Of a stretch of 64,000 nt of DNA, positions 54,163 to 64,000 are shown in pieces. Source of the DNA: Salpingoeca rosetta. Taxonomy: Eukaryota > Protista > Choanoflagellata. The stretch is from contig JAWQFM010000027.1 of assembly GCA_033442325.1 (NCBI GenBank), positions 667,945 to 731,944 of the forward strand, given 5' to 3'. The notes beneath the pieces were generated by a model that saw only the letters and a program-made list of their open reading frames with translations, was not told the origin of the DNA and did not search any database. The first letter of the stretch is position 1, and the number at the start of each line of letters is the position of its first letter. A program made the translations under genes and the position numbers.

Positions 54163-56460
54163 ATGCCAGGGAACCCATTCGCCCTCCTCGACCCCGACAG
54201 CGCGGCTGTGAAGGCCCCTGCGCCCAAGGCTAAGCCCGCCGCCAAGGCCAAGCCCACGACAAAGCCACCCAAGCCCGCCTCGTCTGGCACCCCAACGACC
54301 ACCACTTCTCGCCAGGAGAAGGATGGCCGCAGCTCCGAGCGCGGTGGCCGCGGTCGCGGCCGTGGTGGCCGTGGTGGCCGTGGCGCTGGTCGCGGTGGTC
54401 GCGGCAGCCGTGGTGCTGGCCGTGGCGGTCGCGGTGCTGGCCGTGGCGGTCGTGGCCGCGGTGCTCGCTCTGAGGGCGACGACTCCCGCCCCGACGCCCC
54501 TGAGGCTGCCACCGACGTTGCCATCCCCAGCGACGACCGCGGTGCCCAGGTCCGCTCCCAGAACCGCCGCCACGGTCGCGGCAGCGGCCACGGTGCCGCC
54601 ACTAACTACGACCGCAGGAGCCGCAGCGGCAGGTGTGTGAGTGGGTGTGTGCGTGTATGTTTATGTGTGTGTGGGGGGGGGGGATAGATGTGCATGTGCA
54701 TTTGTGTGTGTGTGTGTGATTGCTTTTGTGTTTCTGTGCTGTGCTGTGCTGTGCTGTGGCGTTTCTGTGTTTGTCTGTCTTCCTCTGTACATGTTCGCGC
54801 GGCTTGTTGGTGTTTGTGTGTGAGGGGCCCACGTGTCCACCGAGGGTGTCTGGGCCCAATCATCGGGGCACTTCCCTACACGGTCGCCGTGGCACTTCCC
54901 TGTCCGTTTGCTTACGCTCGTGTGCGCATACACACGCTTGCGCGTGCAGGACGAAGGGCACTCGCGAGAAGCGCGACGGCCACGGTGCCGGCAACTTTGG
55001 CAGCGATGCCGAGATTGTGAAGGACGCCCAGGAGGTGCTCGAGAACGAGAAGGTTGGTGGCAGAGGCTGTGTAACACGGGGAAGGGGAGGGGATGGGCAT
55101 AGTTGCGTGTGACACATTTGTATGTTTGCGTGCGCGTGTGCGGGAGCGAAAGAGTGTGGCGCTCATGCATGTGCTTGTGCTGCCCCGTGATACGCCCTCT
55201 CACACGTGCTGCTGTTGCGTGGCTGGTGTTCCTTGTACTGCGCTTGCTGCAATGAATGTGCGTGGCTTGGCGTGTTGCGCAGCAGGGCGAGGAGGTCGCC
55301 AAGGAGCAGTCTGAGGTCGTCGAGGAGGAAGTCGAAGAGGAGGAGCCCGACAACACGGTCACCATCTCCGACTACCTCAAGCAGCAGAAGTCCGTTGCTG
55401 TGTTGTTTGTTTCGCTTTGTTGTGTGTGTGTGTGTTTGGGGGGGGGGGTGCTCTCGTGTCAACCGCAGTTTTGCCCTTAGCCGTGAGTCTTTTGTTGTTT
55501 TCGTCGAAGCGGTTGTGCGCATTGATCTTTGTGTTGAGCGCATTGAGGGTGTCACTGTTTTGCCCTTGATGCCGTCACGATAACTCAACCCCCAATGTCG
55601 CGTTTTTCATCTCGCTGCAGGACCGTGACTGCACGCAAGCCCCGCCGCAAGCCCAACGAGGGTGAGGACACGAGCAAGTTTGCGTCCCACCTCGTGCGCC
55701 GCGACGAGGAGAAGGAGATCGTCGAGCCAACCAAGGAGAAGAAGGTTGGCTTTTCGACCCCGCCAACCTCTTTGTCGTGTGGCTTGTTGAATATTGACGT
55801 GCTGGGTTGGGCGTGTGTGTGCGTATGCGTGCGATAGGTTGTGCGTGCGTGTGTGCATGTATGGGTTGTGCGTGTCGCGTGCTGTACTGACGTGTGCTCG
55901 CATCGTCGCCGTTGCTTGCCATTGTGTGTCCCGTCCTGTGTTGTGTGCTCACGCCCCTCGTGTTTTGCGGTACTGCAGCAGGTGCGCCAGAAGGAGCAGC
56001 GCGCTGCCGGCAAGAAGTACTTTGAGTTTGGCGACGAGGACTTTGCGCGCTACCGCCGCTTCGAGAGTCAGTCGCACAGAGAGTGTGTGTCTGTGTGTCT
56101 GTGTGTCTGTGTGCGTCTGTGTTTGTGTGTTTGTGTGTTTGTGTGTTATCAGCATGTCGTGTCACGTCTGATTTTGTCTCATCTGAAAAGATGGCTTGTG
56201 CAGCACCAGCACACATGTTGCATTCCTACCCGTCTCACCATTGCTTCTTTGCCTGCTTCTGCATCATGTGTGTGTGTGTGTATGTTTTGTTTTGTTTAGG
56301 CGACGAGCGTGGACGTGGCCGGGGACGCGGTCGTGGTCGCGGCCGTGGCGGTCGTGGCGGCCGTGGTGGCCGTGGTGGCCGTGGTGGCCGTGGTGATGCT
56401 CCTCGCTCTGCTGGTGCCCCACCAAGCCTGTCCACCGCCAACTTCCCCGCGCTCGCCTGA
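54163..56460 (+). CDS. SERBP1: SERBP1/HABP4 (Stm1-like) RGG RNA/ribosome-binding protein, multi-exon
   Basis: NPFALL N-terminus, RGG boxes, YDRRSRSG|RTKGTREKRDGHGAGNFGS, TISDYLKQQ, C-terminal NFPALA*. Confidence 0.9.
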
Positions 56461-57280
56461 GAGTGCTGGGGTTGCGCTTGATCAGCACCGCTGTCATTGG
56501 CAATGTCATTGGCACTGCCCTCCTCCCCTCCCTGTACTGCCGTACCCTCCACTGCACCCACCACCCATCCCAACTCCAGCATTGACAGCAACAAAAGCAT
56601 CACTGCACCGGTACCACGCGTGCTTACGTTGCTCTGTTGCACGTGGTTGCTAAGTGCTGTTCATGCTACACTCCACTACCCCCACCAACCCCTCTTTTCT
56701 CTCCCTCCCACAACCTCCTCCCACAACCTCCTCCCAACCCCAAACTCCCCTCAACCACGGCTACTTGTGCCTCTTTGTGTGCCATACTATACTGGCTTGC
56801 CTTCTTTCCACCATCCACCCTATCACTGTCTCCCACCACAACCGACACAGTTGCCGATGCTCAGTTTAAGTGCATGCGCTTTTCGCGTGCTGCTTCTTCT
56901 GCTTCTTCTGCTGCTGCACAACCATCAACCACCGAACCCCCCCCCCCCCACTTTGTTTTAGTGTGGCGGGGTGGTGTGCTGGGCACAATCACAGCCATTT
57001 TCTTGTTCTGTTTTGTTGTTGGTGTGGCTGTGGTTGGATTTGCCTGTTGCACCCGCCCTTCTGCGAACCCCCCCCCCCCCTTTCACCCCTGTCCTTTGTG
57101 ACGTGTGTTTGCTATGGTTGTTGTCATGCGTGCGTGTGTGAAGAGAGAAGACAACAAGTACAAAAAAGCACCACATGATCTGTGATGTAGGGGGAAAGAA
57201 GCAGGAGAAAGGGTGGAGGTGTGTGTGTGTGTGTGTGTGAAGAAGGAATTTGCTGACACGTTGACAAGATCGATGTTCGT

Positions 57281-57341
57281 TTACTTCTTGCGCTCTCTCG
57301 CCCATTTGTAAATGACTTCCCCGCTCGGCAACACAATCTAT

Positions 57342-57418
<77 letters not shown>

Positions 57419-58453
57419 GTGTGTGCGTGCGTGTAATGACCATCGGCACCTTGAGACAATACACCAAGAAGTACACCCTCTTTCCCGTGAGTACTCAACA
57501 CCATGTACTTCCAGGGGAACAAGACCACGAACCTGCGTGCGTTTGTTGACCATTGCAAAGTAAAACTCATCGGGGTTCCTGTTGCGGGCCTACGCCAAGG
57601 TACACGCAATTGAAACAAGGGTCGTGAGTGCTGTAATAAGAGCCCAGAAATGGACACACGTACACAAGAATCAATGTGTGTTTGCGTACACAAGTGTGGC
57701 GTGCGACCCTGCTCACACACATATGACATGTTCACACACATATACATGAATTCATACATGTTCCACACCAATCAACACACAAACAGCTACATCACTGACG
57801 GTGATCGCACCTTTTCGGCAAGCGCTTTCAGTCGACGTTGCTTGAAGTGAAAGTCTCTGTATCGCGTGATGGGCACGCAAGCATTGAGAGGAGGGTAAGG
57901 CAACCACCAAGCGACATAAAGAGGACAGCCACAGACAGCCGCAAGCCAGGACAACGCCGGGCCAAGGTCACGAGGGCAATCCAGGGAGGGCACACAGCCT
58001 ACCCCCCCCCCCCCTCCAATCAAGATGCATACGTACTCTCTGCGGAGCTTCCAGTCCTTGGACTTTTCGAGGAATCCAAACTTGCGCCGATGGGAAACCT
58101 GCGATCGCTCCTTGTGGGTCTTGCGCCCAGCTTTTTGCGCTTTCTGTGGACGGTGAGGTGTGTGTGTGTGTGTGTGTACGTGTGCGTGTGTGCGTGTGTG
58201 CGTGTGTGTGCGTGTGTGTGTGTGCATGCGTGTGCATGTATGTGTGTGTGTGTGTGTGTGTGTGATGATGTGAACATTTCCGCTTGGTGACGCCCTTCAC
58301 ACAGACGCACACACACACACACACACACACAGACGCACAGACACACACACACACACATGCACAGACACACAGACACACAGACACACAGACACACAGACAC
58401 ACAGACACACGCACAGACACACATCAAGCATGGCGCACCGCAAACGACGACAT
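57281..58453 (-). CDS. UTP11: U3 snoRNP protein UTP11 (central region missing in this sequence)
   Basis: MSSFA|KAQKAGRKTHKERSQ...FGFLEKSKDWKLRRE|DFHFKQRRLKALAEK|ARNRNPDEFYFAM...|IVLPSGEVIYKWARERKK*. Confidence 0.9.
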
Positions 58454-58863
58454 CTTGGCTGTCTTTTGATGCACGTGTAGGGGATCGGTAAATTGCACCG
58501 AATGGTCACCTCGTCTGCGTTGTGGAAAAGCCGTGGAACATTTCCAGCAATAATCGACCATGTTGGCAGGCAACTGCTTGCACGCACTTATCGTTCTTGT
58601 GTTGTTGTTCTGTTGTTGTTCTGTTGTTGTTATTGGTGGAGAACGAGAGACGAAAGACGAAGGCGAAGCGCTGCTTTGTCACATCATGTAACAACGCAAC
58701 AGCGCAGCAACAAGCAGGAGCAAGCACGACAGGTGAGCCAGCCATCCAGGAAGAAGGGAGAAGGAAAATGACAGAAAGGGAAGGCAACCTTGCGGTCAAG
58801 CGGCAACGGTGTTGGTTTGTGCGATGCGAAAGCCTGCTTGAGCGACGCGCGAAAGGCAGCGCA

Positions 58864-59500
58864 TTACTCGGAGCAGTCAACGTCAATGGTAAGCTGGTAT
58901 TGGCCTTCGGTTGAAAACGAGGTGTCTGCGACTGACACAAAGTAGGAGGTGGTTAGGCTGTCTGTCGTTTGGTAGAAGATGTACTCGTTGTCCGTTGTGG
59001 AGTTGGAATAGGCTTGGTCTGCCTCGTTCTCGACGGACATAAGGCCGAGAGTCAGGTCAATCTCCGCGTGCGTGAAATACAGGTTGATGGTGACGTTGGC
59101 AAAGGGGCACACATCAACGCGGTACAAGTCGGCGTCACCAACGCAAATGCCTGCCGTGATGTCCACGGGAAGGGTAAGGTTGGTTGTGCCAAATGGAGGG
59201 TTCTGGTTCGGCTCGTACATGTCCTCGCAGTTGAACGTGGTTGTGGTTGGCGCTTCGGTCGTGGTCGTCGTCGTGACTGTCACGTTGCAGTCAATGTCTG
59301 CAGTGGAAAACGCGCAGTTGCGGCTGTGCGTGGGTGGGGGGGGGGGAGGGGGTGAGTGAGTGGGAGGGTGATGGAGCGGGGAAGAGGGGGGGGGGGACAA
59401 AGCTTCGATCGAAGGAGGGAACTGAAGGAAGAAATGGACCCAGGCGTCGCTTCAGAAACACACCACCACACACACCCACACACCCACACACACACATCCA

Positions 59501-59537
<37 letters not shown>

Positions 59538-60931
59538 CCACGCGTCAGACTCACTAGCATGCGAGGATGGTCTTGACGTCGGTGTAGTTGTCGCTGCCCA
59601 TAATGTCGTCGCAGTCTGCAAGGCAGATGCCAAAGTCCACCAGGTTTGAGGTGCTGTGGTGGTCAAACTCGGCGACGCAGGTCGAGAAGGTATCGCGCAC
59701 ATCGTTCTCAAACACGGCCTGAGGGGAAGGAAGGAAATGGGAGGTGGTGAGAAAGGTAAGGGAACGGTAGAGGGGAAAGTCAAGAACAACACAACAAGGC
59801 GATGCATGAGTGGACGCTTTGGTGTGTGTGTGTGCGTGTGTGTGCGTGTGTGTGTATGCAGACAGAGAGAGAGAGAGAGAGGAGCGAGAACAAGGGGTAT
59901 GCATCTGCAAGCCCTGCAAGACTCGCGGGTATGGTGTCAGGACCATGCTGGCACAAACGGTAACACAAACGCATGAGCACAACGAAAAGCACACTTACCG
60001 CGCCGATGCAGCTGTCCACCTGGTCGGTGCATGTGTAATCGCAAGGTGGGAGGGTTGTGGTCGTGGTCGTGGTCGTGGTTGTCGTAGTGGTTGTGGTTGT
60101 GGTGGTTGTGGTTGTTGTGGTTGTGGTTGTTGTGGTGGTGGTTGTAGTGGTGGTGGTCGTTGTGGTGGTGGTCGGCGCCTCCACCTCGCGCACATCCACG
60201 ACGGTGCAGCGGTTGAAGCGGAAGGTTGTGGACTGCGCACACACGAGCAGGTCGTCGACATGTGCGCTGTTGAGGGTGCTGGTGCGGAACGAGGTGGCAT
60301 TGATCACGTCAATCGTGGCGGACGTGTCACCATTGTACCGGCACAGCTGTGCATGTGTGTATAAGTGTGTGTTGAAATGGGATGAGTCAGGGCTGATGTG
60401 GCTGAGTTGGATCAATCAGACAGCACACCGGCTCGTGGCACAGAGTGCTTGCATGCGGACATCCACCAGCACAAGCACGCACACGCACAAGCGCAAACAC
60501 GAACACACACGCGCGCGCACACGCACACACACACACACACACACATACACAGACAAGCACACAGACAAGCACACACACAGACAAGCACACACGCGCACGC
60601 ACACACACACATACACAGACAAGCACACACACAGACAAGCACACACACACATACACAGACAAGCACACACACAGACAAGCACACACACACATACACAGAC
60701 AAGCACACACATACCCTGGAGATATCACAGTCATCCTCGAGGGCCTGCTTCCAGCGCATGGCAAAGAAGTCGAGCTCCTCCTCATTGCGCTCCGTCAGTG
60801 GATCACCACGCGAGCAGTCCAGTTCAACCTGGTGAAGGGCAGGAGGTGATGAAATAGTGCAGCGTGGTTGAGTTGAGAGGGGATGAGGACAGAGGACAAG
60901 GAAGATGATATACAATCAAAGTGAAAGAGAG

Positions 60932-61020
<89 letters not shown>

Positions 61021-61949
61021 CACACACACACACACACAAAACCACACACACACACACGCACACACCGCAAAGTAGGTGTCGAAAACAGTCTGTGTGCAGT
61101 TAGCGACGGAGTAGCAGCCCTCAAACTCTGTGTCGTTGCAGCGGAAGATCCTTTGGCAGTCTGATCAAAGAAGGAACGTGGTATGAGTGGCCACGCGCCG
61201 TCACGAAGCAGCACCATAACGCAGTTGTTTTCAACACGAACAAGAGCCGCGCACACGTGCGCAACCAAGCAGACAGCCAAGTACGCACAGATGCAACTTG
61301 CAAAGGAGCGAGCACACGCTCACTAGATTCGGCCTCATACTCACTTCCGTTGTCGCACTCGGCAAAGTTGTTGCACATGCACTCGCCACCTGCATTTGTT
61401 TGGAGCACACGAGTGTGAAGGCGTGAGTTGTGAAGAAGCAGTGCATGTGGTTCGTTGGTCGCAGTGACAATAACGCGTCCACATACGCATGTGCAGCTCG
61501 AACAGAGCCAGGTTGCAGATGGTTCAAAGCGGTCAACCAACATAAAGGACAACAAAGCAAGTAAGCACACGCACACACGCATGCACGCACGCACAAGCAC
61601 ACACACGCACACACACACACATACACACACGAACACAAAACAAATAAACAAGCAAGTACGCTCATGTTGTGTGACGTACCAACGTCGCAACGGGACTGTT
61701 GAATGCCGGTCTCGTAGCCGCCCTCAAAGTAGTAGCCCTCGTTGGACGCCGTCAGGTTGGCGCAGCCATCCAGGTTCTGCAATAAAAGTGTACGTGAGTG
61801 TGTGCCAGTGAGTCGTACAGAAGAGGCACAAGAAGTGAAGGGGTTGTCAACTCTTTGTCGTGCGTGGGATTCAACACGACAAAAGATCGCAAGAGCTGTG
61901 CAAGAGAGCGCAAGAGAAACAAGAAGGAAGGGGCAAAAGAGCAAGAAAG

Positions 61950-62013
<64 letters not shown>

Positions 62014-62546
62014 CCTGTCTCATCCCTTCACCCATCTCCTTTGATGCAGCTTTTACCCTACCGTTTCGGCAAGGAATTCCGAGAGGGTCAGTTCATCTCC
62101 AAGGCTGACGCCCTGCGAATGATTGTACAGTTGCCGACGGTGGTGGTGGGAGGGAGTGTGATGTTCATTCGTTCATGAGCGTGTGTGACTCGGAAAACCT
62201 TGGAACATCGCCCAGCCAGCGGAACACACATACACACACCAGACGAGGCAGCCAGGACCGCACAGCAGCCCAATCTCCCCCAATAATTGTCAGAGCACAT
62301 CGTCACATTCCCGCCAACCCCATCCACCCCCACACAGACACAGGACACGCACAGGCTTACTGCCAGAGTGGCACACCCAACCAGGTCACACCAACCCAAA
62401 CGCAAGCCTTCTCGACAGTTGGCCGCCTGCCAAGTCAAGGGTGCCTCTTGGCTGATTTGTTGGGCACTTACGATGGCGGAGGCGTGGGAGGCGAGGGCAG
62501 CAAGCAGCACCACTCCAAGGATGCCAGAGAACACAAGGCCACGCAT
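58864..62546 (-). CDS. Secreted Cys-rich, Thr-rich (mucin-like) acidic glycoprotein with a C-terminal PPC-like domain
   Basis: Signal peptide MRGLVFSGILGVVLLAALASHASA, about 9 exons, poly-Thr at about 60057-60172, many NxS/T sites; last exon DMYEPN...GICVGDADLY...FTHAEIDL...SNSTTDNEYI...YFVSV...YQLTI; no TM segment. Confidence 0.8.
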
Positions 62547-63075
62547 GGTGAAAGCGGGTGGGAAGGAAGGAAGGAAGGAAGGTGGAAGGTGGGTGCGTCG
62601 GTGACACAACAAGGAACAAGGCACGCAGGCGGGTAAAATGAGTGGTTGTCGCAGCCCTTGGCGTCAAGCCAAAGCCACAAGGCCACAGCTTTCATCAAAG
62701 GTTTTATTCGCACGCTGCTTCCTCGTTGCTTCCTTGTTGCTTGAGCCTCAAGGCGCAGTGCGTGGTTGCTTGGCACGCGACCCTCCTTCAGCCTTGCGAG
62801 CCCGGTGGTTGCCTGGAAATACCAACACGCAGTTTGGGGGGGTCACGGAGGCGACTCAAGCACGGGTGGCGACTGCAGGTGTGGGGAAGACGGGGAAAAT
62901 TAATGCATGCATGCAAGTGCCTGAAGCCTCCGAAGCACCGAAGACGACCAAGTGTCCTGGGGCATGGGGAAAGATTGGATGTTATCTGCGAATAGTCGCC
63001 GAGGCTGGCATGCACGGCAGTTTGCATGCGTGCGCAACGCCACCACACGCCACCAACCTACGAACTGCCGCTGTC

Positions 63076-63090
63076 CGCGGGAATTTTGAA
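63076..63090 (+). promoter_or_regulatory. Canonical CDE/CHR element (CGCGG-N4-TTTGAA)
   Basis: CGCGG gaat TTTGAA, 60 nt upstream of an ATG at 63151. Confidence 0.55.
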
Positions 63091-63150
63091 CGACTTGCAG
63101 GGTTCGCTGTCCAGAAGACAGCAGCAGCAGCGGCATCATCATTCTTGGAG

Positions 63151-63216
63151 ATGGATTGGCTAAAGGGAACGCATGAGTTGTTGGAGAGGCTAGGAGAGTT
63201 GTTGGACCTGTTGATG
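63151..63216 (+). CDS. Probable first exon of a gene running off the right edge
   Basis: MDWLKGTHELLERLGELLDLLM (amphipathic helix) followed by GT; a possible in-phase acceptor TAG lies at 63986-63988. Confidence 0.35.
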
Positions 63217-63732
63217 GTCTGTCAGGTCTGTCTGTGGTTCATTCTCCTCGGTGCCTTGGTACCTTGAGTGCGCCACACCACCACAAGAGTGCAGTCATGT
63301 CCCCAACGCATGCCATGGTTTGGAGCAGGACCCACTCCATGAGTGTATGTGCGCGCGCGCGTGTGTGCTGGATGACGAAAGAACAATAAACACATCGCAA
63401 GCACCGCGAGCAAGCAAGCAGGCAAGCATAATACCGTCATCAGCAAGCACAAAACCCCTTGCTTTAAATCAACAATTTTTCGCTTGTACGAGTGTGTGTA
63501 TTGGAAGCTTGCGCGTCATGTTGTATGAGATCGTTCTGAATTCGACATGTAGGGCGCAGGTTAAATGCCTGTTCACTACTTGCTTATCTCAGGATGCTTC
63601 GTGCAACGCTCCTTGTTACTTCCTGGCTTATCGGTTACTGACATGAAAGTGGATCATGCACGCTTTTTTTTTTTTTCTGCACGCTCAGTGTGTGTGTGTG
63701 TGCATGTGTGTGTGTGCATGAGAGAGAGAGAG

Positions 63733-63775
<43 letters not shown>

Positions 63776-64000
63776 ATGTGTGTGTGTGTGCCTGCCTGAC
63801 TATGTCTCTCACCCCTCGCACATGCGAAGCACGCTGACCACAGCGTGTACATACACAGCACAGCGTCTGCACCAACGAGCAGTGGTTGCCAGCGCGCGGG
63901 CGCCAATCCACAAGCATGGGTGCAGGTGTGTGCGCAGGATGGTGACCGCAAGCAAGCACCTCTCTCGCTCGCTCTCTTGCTGGCATAGCTGCGGGACTTG

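Noticed and set aside
55460-55570. Short hairpins in a SERBP1 intron (snoRNA?)
   Set aside because: No convincing C/D or H/ACA boxes; the stems are short.
62638-63267. 209-aa ORF
   Set aside because: It overlaps probable promoter DNA and has no motifs; only its 3' end looks like a real first exon.

Overview
Eukaryotic, intron-rich, gene-dense genomic DNA. GC-rich exons and introns packed with (GT)n/(CA)n microsatellites, plus an expanded LRR-TKL receptor kinase family, point to a choanoflagellate, probably Salpingoeca rosetta (inference). About 15 spliced genes were reconstructed by hand: riboflavin kinase (partial), MIC19/CHCHD3, a coiled-coil protein, an AspH/LpxO-type 2OG-Fe(II) hydroxylase, two paralogous LRR-transmembrane-TKL receptor kinases flanking a Kelch-repeat STE11-type MAP3K, INTS6, two hypotheticals, a mitochondrial chalcone-isomerase-fold protein, INO80, SERBP1/HABP4, UTP11 and a secreted Cys/Thr-rich protein with a bacterial-type PPC domain. 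Most six-frame ORFs are microsatellite artefacts. Main leads: (1) receptor kinases with a conserved Cys-containing prodomain and furin site, evolving as a gene-conversion mosaic around a Kelch-MAP3K; (2) polarised 5'(GT)n...(AC)n3' introns that may splice via RNA structure; (3) animal-type CDE/CHR and E2F promoter elements; (4) gene parts missing next to (CA)n tracts, and a duplication that truncates INO80. No rRNA, tRNA, CRISPR array or clear mobile element was seen. There is one 444-nt assembly gap. Family assignments are from recalled motifs, not database searches.
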